From Balanoglossus misakiensis (Eukaryota > Animalia > Hemichordata): a stretch of 64,000 nucleotides of DNA. The stretch covers positions 404,542 through 468,541 of the forward strand of contig CM082583.2 of NCBI GenBank assembly GCA_040954595.2, given 5' to 3'. Numbering within the stretch: the stretch's first letter is position 1; each line of letters begins with the position of its first letter. Position numbers and translations under genes: made by a program. This document shows positions 9,766 to 22,400 of the stretch, in pieces. Below the pieces are notes generated by a model, which saw only the letters and a program-made list of their open reading frames with translations, had not been told where the DNA came from and did not search any database.

Positions 9766-12700
9766 GCTCGTCTCACGCGCATGCGCGTAACTTCCCAGCA
9801 AATTTTCCGTTCGATGCATTCAAATAGTGGACTGCCTTCGCTTCCTTCCATATTTCATGCGCACAGTATAGCGTTCGTTAGCAACGTTGATCAAGTCAGA
9901 TTTCCTACGGCATGGCTTGGCTAAAGCCCTGGCACTTTAGAGCAGAAACACGCGTACAGAGACCACGTTGATCTACTCACATTTCCTTCGGCCTGGCACG
10001 GCTGATGCCCCGGCACTATATATAGGACACAGACTGGCGTAAGTTAACAACGGTAATCACGTCGGGTTTCCTACGGCCTGGCTCAGCTGAAGCCCCGGCA
10101 CTCTAGAGCAGAAACAGGCGTACATCGACCACGTTGATCAAGTCAGATTTCCTACGGCGTGACTCGGCTGGTGCACCGGCTCTATATGACACAGACTGGC
10201 GTAAGTTATCAACGGTGATTACGTCGGATTTCCTACGGCCTGGTTTAGCTGAAGCCCCGGCACTTAAGAGCGGAAACACGCGTACATTGACCACAATGAT
10301 CAAGTCAGATCTCCTACGGCCTGGCTCGACTAAAACCCCGGCACACCATGACAGACACTAGCGTTCGTTAGCAACGGTGATCAAGTCGGATTTCCTTCGG
10401 CCTGGCTCTGCAAAAGACCCGACACTCTAGTACAAAGACGTTGGCTAAGTCGGGCAAACCGAAGAGGGAAAGTCACAGCGGTTCAACACTTGACATTTGT
10501 TCGGGTAGGACTGCATTATTGCCTGTCAATTTATAGAGAAAGCCCGAATTTAACCAGGGCGTTTCAAACACCGACGTTAGTTGGGGGCACGGCCTGCAGT
10601 ACTGCCGGGTAAGCTGACATCGGCGTACCGCATATAATGTAGGGGGGGGGGGGAACAGAACGGTTCAATACTACATTTATTAGATATCAGCTAATTTTGG
10701 ACAATCATCTAAAATCTAAATCATTTTTTCATATTTGGATATCTGATGATGTGTGAAATTTCCATTATATGTAAAAATGGTGCTGATTATAAAAAATGCA
10801 CTCTGAATGAGCTGATTTAATACAAAATTGCGTTTTATTCGTTATTGCACCAAAAAGGTCATTTTTAGGCAAAACATTCTTTATTTTTTTTAATTCGGTG
10901 ACCTGATCATATATAAACAATTGCTTGTATGTTAAAAGTTTTGATGACTTTTCAAAGCAGTGACACTGGCGGCATTCAACACGAAAATAACAATTTTAGC
11001 CACAATTTGGTCAAAATGGTAAATTTTTGAAAATTACAAAAAATACCTGTTTTATACATTTTCGGAAATCTGATGGAGTATAGAATGCTCTTCGTATGTA
11101 TATATCGATACAAATTCCACAAAAGACCGTGTAATTTGGCTCACTGCAGACAAAATTGCGTTTTACCAAATTTTTCTTGAAAATGTCATTTTTAGAAGAA
11201 AAAAAAAATAAAAAAACCTTTGTTCTTCGAATTTGGTGCCCTGATCATATATGACATGTTGATTGTATGTTAAAACTTTCGACCACTCCAAAAATGCAGA
11301 GATATTGACGGAATTCAAGAAAAAATAGCCATTTTGGCCATATTTTGACAAAAATGGTAAATTTTTAAAAAATCATAAAAAATTAACTCTTTTCTTCATT
11401 TTCGGAAATATTATGGAGCATGAAGTGTCGTTCTCTTGTAAAAAGTGCTGCAAATTCCAGAAAAGGTGGTATAATTTGAATCACCCAAGACAAAATTACC
11501 ATTTTCGACTTTTTTTTGAAAAATTGTATTTTTTACAAAATAAATAAGAATAAATTCTTTTCTTAGTTTCAAACGGGTAGAGATACTTTCCACACGGGTT
11601 TTCTAACATTGAATTCCCGTTCATCAACTCAGATTTCCTACAGCATAAGTCGGCTAAAACCCTGACACTCTAGAGCAGAAACAGTTGCACACTGGTAACG
11701 TTGAACAAGTCGATTTTTCTACGGCCTGGCTCGGCTAAATCTCCGTCACAATATTACAGACACTAGCGTACGTTAGCAACGGTGATCAAGTCAGATTTCC
11801 TACGGCATGGCTTGGATAAAGCCCCGGCACTCTAGAGCAGAAACACGCGTACAGAGACCACGTTGATCTACTCACATTTCCTTCGGCCTGGCACGGCTGA
11901 TGCCCCGGCACTATATATAGGACACAGACTGGCGTAAGTTAACAACGGTAATCACGTCGGGTTTCCTACGGCCTGGCTCAGCTGAAGCCCCGGCACTCTA
12001 GAGCAGAAACACGCGTACATTGACCACGTTGATCAAGTCAGATTTCCTACGGCGTGACTCGGCTGGTGCACCGGCTCTATATGACACAGACTGGCGTAAG
12101 TTATCAACGGTGATTACGTCGGATTTCCTACGGCCTGGTTTAGCTGAAGCCCCGGCACTTTAGAGCGGAAACACGCGTACATTGACCACGATGATCAAGT
12201 CAGATCTCCTACGGCCTGGCTCGACTAAAACCCCGGCACACCATGACAGACACTAGCGTTCGTTAGCAACGGTGATCAAGTCGGATTTCCTTCGGCCTGG
12301 CTCTGCAAAAGACCCGACACTCTAGTACAAAGACGTTGGCTAAGTCGGGCAAACCGAAGAGGGAAAGTCACAACGGGTCAACACTCGACATTTGTTCGGG
12401 TAGGACTGCATTATTGCCTGTCAATTTATAGAGAAAGCCCGAATTTAACCAGGGCGCTTCAAACACCGACGTTAGTTGGGGGCACGGCCTGCAGTACTGC
12501 CGGGTAAGCTCACATCGGCGTACCGCATATAATGTAGGGGGGGGGGGAACAGAACGGTTCAATACTACATTTATTAGATATCAGCTAATTTTGGACAATC
12601 ATCTAAAATCTAAATCATTTTTTCATATTTGGATATCTGATGATGTATGAAATTTCCATTATATGTAAACATGGTGCTGATTATAAAAAATGCACTCTGA

Positions 12701-15487
12701 ATGAGCTGATTTAATACAAAATTGCGTTTTATTCGTTTTTGCACCAAAAAGGTCATTTTTAGGCAAAACATTCTTTATTTTATTAATTCGGTGACCTGAT
12801 CATATATAAACAATTGCTTGTATGTTAAAAGCTTTTATGACTTTTAAAAGCAGTGACACTGGCGGCATTCAACACGAAAATAACAATTTTAGCCACCATT
12901 TGGTCAAAATGGTAAATTTTTGAAAATTACAAAAAATACCTGTTTTCTACATTTTCGGAAATCTGATGGAGTATAGAATGCTCTTCGTATGTATATATCG
13001 ATACAAATTCCACAAAAGACCGTCTAATTTGGCTCACTGCAGACAAAATTGCGTTTTACCAAATTTTCCTTGAAAATGTCATTTTTAAAAAAAAAAGTAA
13101 AAAAACCTTTGTTCTTCGAATTTGGTGCCCTGATCATATATGACATGTTGATTGTATGTTAAAACTTTCGACCACTCCAAAAAAGCAGAGATATTGACGG
13201 AATTCAAGAAAAAATAGCAATTTTGGCCATATTTTGACAAAAATGGTAAATTTTTAAAAAATCATAAAAAATTAACTCTTTTCTTTATTTTCGGAAATAT
13301 TATGGAGCATGAAGTGTCGTTCTCTTGTAAAAAGTGCTGCAAATTCAAGAAAAGGCGGTATAATTTAAATCACCCAAGACAAAATTACCATTTTCGACTT
13401 TTTTTCGAAAAATTGTCTTTTTTACAAAATAAATAAGAATAAATTCTTTTCTTAGTTTCAAACGGGTAGAGATACTTTCCACACGGGTTTTCTAACATTG
13501 AATTCCCGTTCATCAACTCAGATTTCCTACAGCATAAGTCGGCTAAAACCCTGACACTCTAGAGCAGAAACAGTTGCACACTGGTAACGTTGAACAAGTC
13601 GATTTTTCTACGGCCTGGCTCGGCTAAATCTCCGTCACAATATGACAGACACTAGCGTACGTTAGCAACGGTGATGAAGTCAGATTTTCTACGGCATGGC
13701 TTGGATAAAGCCCCGGCACTCTAAAGCAGAAACACGCGTACAGAGAGCACGTTGATCAAGTCTGATCTCCTACGGCTTGGCTCGACTAAAACCCCGGCAC
13801 ACTATGACAGACACTAGCGTTCGTTAGCAACGTTGATCAAGTCAGATTTCCTACGGCATGGCTTGGCTAAAGCCCTGGCACTCTAGAGCAGAAACACGCG
13901 TACAGAGAACACGTTGATCTACTCACATTTCCTTCGGCCTGGCACGGCTGATGCCCCGGCACTATATATAGGACACAGACTGGCGTAAGTTAACAACGGT
14001 AATCACGTCGGGTTTCCTACGGCCTGGCTCAGCTGAAGCCCCGGCACTCTAGAGCAGAAACAGGCGTACATTGACCACGTTGATCAAATCAGATTCCTAC
14101 GGCGTGACTCGGCTGGTGCACCGGCTCTATATGACACAGACTGGCGTAAGTTATCAACGGTGATTACGTCGGATTTCCTACGGCCTGGTTTAGCTGAAGC
14201 CCCGGCACTCTAGAGCAGAAACACGCGTACATTGACCACGATGATCAAGTCAGATCTCCTACGGCCTGGCTCGACTAAAACCCCGGCACACCATGACAGA
14301 CACTAGCGTTCGTTAGCAACGGTGATCAAGTCGGATTTCCTTCGGTCTGGCTCTGCAAAAGACCCGACACTCTAGTACAAATACGTTGGCTAAGTCGGGC
14401 AAACCGAAGAGGGAAAGTCACAGCGGGTCAACACTCGACATTTGTTCGGGTAGGACTGCATTATTGCCTGTCAATTTATAGAGAAAGCCCGAATTTAACA
14501 AGGGCGCTTCAAACACCGACGTTAGTTGGGGGCACGGCCTGCAGTACTGACGGGTAAGCTGACATCGGCGTACCGCATATAATGTAGGGGGGGGGGACAG
14601 AACGTTTCAATACTACATTTATTAGATATCAGCTAATTTTGGACAATCATCTAAAATCTAAATCATTTTTTTCATATTTGGATATCTGATGATGTATGAA
14701 ATTTCCATTATATGTAAAAATGGTGCTGATTATAAAAAATGCACTCTGAATGAGCTGATTTAATACAAAATTGCGTTTTATTCGTTTTTGCACCAAAAAG
14801 GTCATTTTTAGGGAAAACATTCTTAATTCTTTAAATTCGGTGACCTGATCATATATAAACAATTGCTTGTATGTTAAAAGTTTTATTGACTTTTAAAAGC
14901 AGTGACACTGGCGGCATTCAACACGAAAATAACAATTTTAGCCACAATTTGGTCAAAATGGTAAATTTTTGAAAATTACAAAAAATACCTGTTTTCTACA
15001 TTTTCGGAAATCTGATGGAGTATAGAATGCTCTTCGTATGTATATATCGATACAAAAGTCCACAAAAGACCGTCTAATTTGGCTCACTGCAGACAAAATT
15101 GCTATTTACGAAATTTTCCTTGAAAATGTCACTTTAGAAAAAAAAATAAAAAACCTTTGTTCTTCGAATTTGGTGCCTGATCATATATGACATGTTGATT
15201 GTATGTTAAAACGTGCGACCACTCCAAAAATGCTGAGATATTGACGGAATTCAAGAAAAAATAGCCATTTTGGCCATATTTTGACAAAAATGGAAAATTT
15301 TTAAAAAAATCTTAAAAAATTAACTCTTTTCTTCATTTTCGGAAATATTATGGAGCATGAAGTGTCGTTCTCTTGTAAAAAGTGCTGCAAATTCTAGAAA
15401 AGGCGGTATAATTTGAATCACCCAAGACAAAATTACCATTTTCGACTTTTTTTCGAAAAATTGTCTTTTTTACAAAATAAATAAGAA

Positions 15488-18400
15488 TTATAGCTGCAAG
15501 CAGCATTGTCCGGGCCCAAGCTCTATTATCTGATCTGATGCTAATATAGTGTTAAGTAGGTCAAAGGTCACCCGAGGTCACCCAACATTTGGGCAAAATA
15601 TTTTGACCCCATACTGGTCCATGTATAACAAAAACAAAACCTCTAGGTCTATTGGTTCATCATTAATTAGGTATGCGCATATTTAATGAGGTCACCAGAG
15701 GTCAAAGGGGTCATGAAAAGTAGCAAAATGTTTTGATCACATACAAATCCACATACATCAAAAACCAAACTTATAGCCCTATTGGTTAGCCTGGAATTAG
15801 ATATGCAGAAAAATGATTCGTCAAAAGTAGGTCAAAGGTCATTGCAAAATTACAAAAATATTTATAGCTTATTCTTGTCATATGATGATTCATATCCATA
15901 AAAAGAATTTCTGTGCTATCAATTTTTAGGCTAGAAAAGGAATTTTTACTTTTTAATCGTTTTTCACAAAATCCAATATGGCCGCCATAATCTTCAACCA
16001 ATCACATTCCCCTTCGCAAACTTGATAGACATCCGTTTAATGACCACACACACCAAATCTTGTGACTCGGTTATCGCCCGTTCTGGAGGAGAAGATTTTT
16101 GAAGTTTTACTATGGTTTTTCGAAAATTCAATATGGCCGCCATAATCTTTGACCAATCACAATGATCTTCGCAAACTTGATAGACATCAGTTAGGTGACC
16201 ACATAACCCAAACGGCGTGACTCGGTTATCGCCGGTTCTGGAGAAGAAGATTTTTGAAATTTTGACCAGATTTCAGAAAAACAACTGTAGCAAAAAAACT
16301 GCAACATTGACAGCAAAATATCCAATTACAAAAATGATGGGCAGAGGGTATACTACCAGCACGCCAAATCTGAAGTCGATCTGACTTGTAGTTTCTGAGA
16401 TCTGAGATTTGCATTTTTTCAGAAAATCCAATATGGCCGCCATGTCACGTGACTAATTAAGTATTCACAAGTCACTGCACATCTACTCATTGACCTTGAC
16501 CACTGTAGCAAGTTTGAGAACTGTACCTGCAGCGGTGTCTGAGATCTAGAGCGCGAAAGAAATGAACCAAGAATAAAGAAAGAAAGAATTAAAGCTGCAA
16601 GCAGCATTGTCCGGGCCCAAGCTCTATTATCTGATCTGATTATTAGATATGCACATAATTAATGAGTAGAAACATCAAAGGTCACCCAGGGGTCATCCAC
16701 AATTTGGGCAGAACATTTTGACCCATAGTGGTCCATGTCCAACAAAAACCAGACCTCTAGCCCTTTTGGTTAGCCCGGAATTAGGTATGCACATAAATAA
16801 TGAGTAAAGCAGGTGTCACAGGTGACACAAAACTTTGGCTTTTCATTATGGCCCCATACCTCCAAATGCCAACGCTGTACCTGCTTATGATGCCGAGATA
16901 TGCAAAAGTAGGTCAAAGGTCATCTGAGGTCACCCAAAATTTTGGCAGAAAATTTTGACCCATAGTGGTCCATGTCCAACAAAAACCAGACCTCTAGCCA
17001 TTTTCGTTAGCCCGGAATTAGGTATGCACATAAATAATGAGTAAAGCAGGTGTCACAGGTGACCCAAAACTTTGGCTATTCATTATGGCCCCATACCTCC
17101 AAATGCCAAGGCTGTATCTGGTGTGGATGTCGAGATATGCAAAAGTAGGTCAAAGGTCACCCGAGGTCACCCAACATTTGAGCAAAATATTTTGACCCCA
17201 TACTGGTCCATGTATAACAAAAACAAAACCTCTAGGTCTATTGGTTCATCTGTAATTAGGTATATGCATATTTAATGAGGTCAGCAGAGGTCAAAGGGGT
17301 CATGAAAAGTAGCAAAATTGTTTGATCACATACAAATCCACATACATCAAATACCAAACTTATAGCCCTATTGGTTAGCCTGGAATTAGATATGCAGAAA
17401 AATGAAGCGTCAAAAGTAGGTCAAAGGTCATTGCCAAAATTACCAAAATATTTATAGGTTATTCTTGTCATATGATGATTCATATCCATAAAAAGAATTT
17501 CTGTGCTATCAATTTTTAGGCTAGAAAAGGAATTTTTACTTTTTAATCGTTTTTCACAAAATCCAATATGGCCGCCATAATCTTCGACCAATCACATTCC
17601 CCTTCGCAAACTTGATAGACATCTGTTTAATGACCACACACACCAAATCTTGTGACTCGGTTATCGCCCGTTCTGGAGAAGAAGATTTTTGAAGTTTTAC
17701 TATGGTTTTTCGAAAATCCAATATGGCCGCCATAATCTTCGACCAATCACAATGATCTTCGCAAACTTGATAGACATCAGTTAGGTGACCACATACCCCA
17801 AACGGCGTGACTCGGTTATCGCCGGTTCTGGAGAAGAAGATTTTTGAAATTTTGACCAGATTTCAGAAAAACAACTGTAGCAAAAAAACTGCAACATTGA
17901 CAGCAAAATATCCAATTACAAAAATGATGGGCAGAGGGTATACTACCAGCACGCCAAATCTGAAGTCGATCTGACCTGTAGTTTCTGAGATCTGAGATTT
18001 GCATTTTTTCAGAAAATCCAATATGGCCGCCATGTCACGTGACTAATTAAGTATTCACAAGTCACTGCACATCTACTCATTGACCTTGACCACTGTAGCA
18101 AGTTTGAGAACTGTACCTGCAGCGGTGTCTGAGATCTAGAGCGCGAAAGAAGTGAACCAAGAATAAAGAAAGAAAGAAAGAAAGAAAGAAAGAATTAAAG
18201 CTGCAAGCAGCATTGTCCGGGCCCAAGCTCTATTATCTGATCTGATGCTAATATAGTGTTAAGTAGGTCAAAGGTCACCCGAGGTCACCCAACATTTGGG
18301 CAAAATATTTTGACCCCATACTGGTCCATGTATAACAAAAACAAAACCTCTAGGTCTATTGGTTCATCTGTAATTAGGTATATGCATATTTAATGAGGTC

Positions 18401-19471
18401 AGCAGAGGTCAAAGGGGTCATGAAAAGTAGCAAAATTTTTTGATCACATACAAATCCACATACATCAAAAACCAAACTTATAGCCCTATTGGTTAGCCTG
18501 GAATTAGATATGCAGAAAAATGATGCGTCAAAAGTAGGTCAAAGGTCATTGCCAAAATTACCAAAATATTTATAGGTTATTCTTGTCATACGATGATTCA
18601 TTTCCATAAAAAGAATTTCTGTGCTATCAATTTTTAGGCTAGAAAAGGAATTTTTACTTTTTAATCGTTTTTCACAAAATCCAATATGGCCGCCATAATC
18701 TTCGACCAATCACATTCCCCTTCGCAAACTTGATAGACATCTGTTTAATGACCACACACACCAAATCTTGTGACTCGGTTATCGCTCGTTCTGGAGAAGA
18801 AGATTTTTGAAGTTTTACTATGGTTTTTCGAAAATCCAATATGGCCGCCATAATCTTCGACCAATCACAATGATCTTCGCAAACTTGATAGACATCAGTT
18901 AGGTGACCACATACCCCAAACGGCGTGACTCGGTTATCGCCGGTTCTGGAGAAGAAGATTTTTGAAATTTTGACCAGATTTCAGAAAAACAACTGTAGCA
19001 AAAAAACTGCAACATTGACAGCAAAATATCCAATTACAAAAATGATGGGCAGAGGGTATACTACCAGCACGCCAAATTTGAAGTCGATCTGACTTGTAGT
19101 TTCTGAGATCTGAGATTTGCATATTTTTAGAAAATCCAAGATGGCTGCCAGGTCATGTGACTAATTAGAAATTCAAGGGTTCAATGCACGACTACTCATT
19201 GACCTTGACCACTGTAGCAAGTTTCAGAAGTGTACCTGCAGTGGTGTCTGAGATCTAGAGCGACAAAGAATTGACACAAGAATAAAGAAAGAAAGAAAGA
19301 AAGAAGAAAGAAAAACCCCAACGAAACCAATAGGGCCCAAGCGCTGGCTTGCGCTTGGGCCCTAAAAACCCCAACGAAACCAATACGGGCCCAAGCCTGG
19401 CTTGGCTTGGGCCCGTAAAAACCCCAACGAAACCAATACGGGCCCAAGCCTGGCTTGGCTTGGGCCCGTAA
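15488..19471 (+). mobile_element. Three nested Helentron-type non-autonomous elements (HINE/DINE-like)
   Basis: Three 5' heads TTA(T/A)AGCTGCAAGCAGCATTGTCCGGGCCCAAGC at ~15488, 16589 and 18195; internal degenerate repeats; (GAAA)n microsatellites; three stacked 3' tails with GGGCCCAAGC..GCTTGGGCCC hairpins ending at ~19365, 19418 and 19471. Inserted into the satellite site TAAGAA/TAAATTC without a long TSD. Confidence 0.85.
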
Positions 19472-22400
19472 TAAATTCTTTTCTTAGTTTCAAACGGGTA
19501 GAGATACTTTCCACGCGGGTTTTCTAACATTGAAATCCCGTTCATCAACTCAGATTTCCTACAGCATAAGTCGGCTAAAACCCTGACACTCTAGAGCAGA
19601 AACAGTTGCACACTGGTAACGATGAACAAGTCGAATTTTCTACGGCCTGGCTCGGGTAAATCTCCGTCACAATATGACAGACACTAGCGTACGTTAGCAA
19701 CGGTGATCAAGTCAGATTTCCTACGGCCTGGCTCAGCTGAAGCCCCGGCACTCTAGAGCAGAAACAGGCGTACATTGACCACGTTGATCAAGTCAGATTT
19801 CCTACGGCATGACTCGGCTGGTGCACCGGCTCTATATGACACAGACTGGCGTAAGTTATCAACGGTGATTACGTCGTATTTCCTACGGCCTGGTTTAGCT
19901 GAAGACCCTGGCACTTTAGAGCGGAAACACGCGTACATTGACCACGATGATCAAGTCAGATCTCCTACGGCTTGGCTCGACTAAAACCCCGGCACAATAT
20001 GACAGACACTAGCGTTCGTTAGCAACGTTGATCAAGTCAGATTTCCTACGGCATGGCTTGGCTAAAGCCCTGGCATTCTAGAGCAGAAACACGCGTACAG
20101 AGACCACATTGATCTACTCACATTTCCTTAGGCCTGGCACGGCTGATGCCCCGGCACTATATATAGGACACAGACTGGCGTAAGTTAACAACGGTAATCA
20201 CGTCGGGTTTCCTACGGCCTGGATCAGCTGAAGCCCCGGCACTCTAGAGCAGAAACAGGCGTACATTGACCACGTTGATCAAGTCAGATTTCCTACGGCC
20301 TGGCTCGACTAAAACCCCGGCACACCATGACAGACACTAGCGTTCGTTAGCAACGGTGATCAAGTCGGATTTCCTTCGGCCTGGCTCGGCAAAAGACCCG
20401 ACACTCTAGTACAAAGACGTTGGCTAAGTCGGGCAAACCGAAGAGGGAAAGTCACAGCGGGTCAACACTCGACATTTGTTCGGGTAGGACTGCATTATTG
20501 CCTGTCAATTTATTGAGAAAGCCCGAATTTAACACGGGCGTTTCAAACATCGACGTTAGTTGGGGGGCACGGCCTGCAGTACTGCCGGGTAAGCTGACAT
20601 CGGCGGACCGCATATAATGTAGGGGGGGGGGGGGAAACAGAACGGCTCAATATTACATTTATTAGATATCAGCTAATTTTGGACAATCATCTAAAATCTA
20701 AATCATTTTTTCATATTTGGATATCTGATGATGTATGAAATTTCCATTATATGTAAAAATGGTGCTGATTATAAAAAATACACTCTGAATGAGCTGATTT
20801 AATACAAAATTGCGTTTTATTCGTTTTTGCACCAAAAAGGTCATTTTTAGGCAAAACATTCTTTATTTTTTTAATTCGGTGACCTGATCATATATAAACA
20901 ATTGCTTGTATGTTAAAAGTTTTTATGACTTTTAAAAGCAGGGACACTGGCGGCATTCAACACGAAAATAACAATTTTAGCCACAATTTGGTCAAAATGG
21001 TAAATTTTTGAAAATTACAAAAAATACCTGTTTTCTACATTTTCGGAAATCTGATGGAGTATACAATGCTCTTCGTATGTATATATCGATACAAATTCCA
21101 CAAAAGACCGTCTAATTTGGCTCACTGCAGACAAAATTGTGTTTTACCAAAGTTTCCTTGAAAATGTCATTTTTAGAAAAATAAATAAAAAAACCTTTGT
21201 TCTTCGAATTTGGTGCCCTGATCATATATGACATGTTGATTGTATGTTAAAACTTTCGACCACTCCAAAAATGCAGAGATATTGACGGAATTCAAGAAAA
21301 AATAGCCATTTTGGCCATATTTTGACTAAATGGTAAATTTTTAAAAAATCATAAAAAATAAACTCTTTTCTTCATTTTCGGAAAAATTATGGAGCATGAA
21401 GTGTCGTTCTCTTGTAAAAAGTGCTGCAAATTCCAGAAAAGGCGGTATAATTTGAATCACCCAAGACAAAATTACCATTTTCGACTTTTTTTCGAAAAAT
21501 TGTCTTTTTTACAAAATAAATAAGAATAAATTCTTTTCTTAGTTTCAAACGGGTAGAGATACTTTCCACACGGGTTTTCTAACATTGAATTCCCGTTCAT
21601 CAACTCAGATTTCTTACAGCATAAGTCGGCTAAAACCCTGACACTCTAGAGCAGAAACAGTTGCACACTGGTAACGTTGAACAAGTCGATTTTTCTACGG
21701 CCTGGCTCGGCTAAATCTCCGTCACAATATGACAGACACTAGCGTACGTTAGCAACGGTGATCAAGTCAGATTTTCTACGGCATGGCCTGGATAAAGCCC
21801 CGGCACTCTAGAGCAGAAACACGCGTACAGAGACCACGTTGATCAAGTCTGATCTCCTACGGCTTGGCTCGACTGAAACCCCGGCACACTATGACAGACA
21901 CTAGCGTTCGTTAGCAACGTTGATCAAGTCAGATTTCCTACGGCATGGCTTTGCTAAAGCCCTGACACTCTAGAGCAGAAACACGCGTACAGAGACCATG
22001 TTGATCTACTCACATTTCCTTCGGCCTGGCACGGCTGATGCCCCGGCACTATATATAGGACACAGCCTGGCGTAAGTTAACAACGGTAATCACGTCGGGT
22101 TTCCTACGGCCTGGCTCAGCTGAAGCCCCGGCACTCTAGAGCAGAAACAGGCGTACATTGACCACGTTGATCAAGTCAGATTTCCTACGGCGTGACTCGG
22201 CTGGTGCACCGGCTCTATATGACACAGACTGGCGTAAGTTATCAACGGTGATTACGTCAGATTTCCTACGGCCTGGTTTAGCTGAAGCCCCGGCACTTTA
22301 GAGCGGAAACACGCGTTCATTGACCACGATGATCAAGTCAGATCTCCTACGGCCTGGCTCGACTAAAACCCCGGCACACCATGACAGACACTAGCGTTCG

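Noticed and set aside
9887-10440. Regularly spaced 81-bp repeats resembling a CRISPR array
   Set aside because: The variable parts are not unique spacers but a few recurring types; there are no cas genes and the context is eukaryotic.
10630-10660. Poly-G tract in each satellite unit as a functional G-quadruplex or telomere-like signal
   Set aside because: A single homopolymer of variable length; such runs are common throughout this window and prone to sequencing error.
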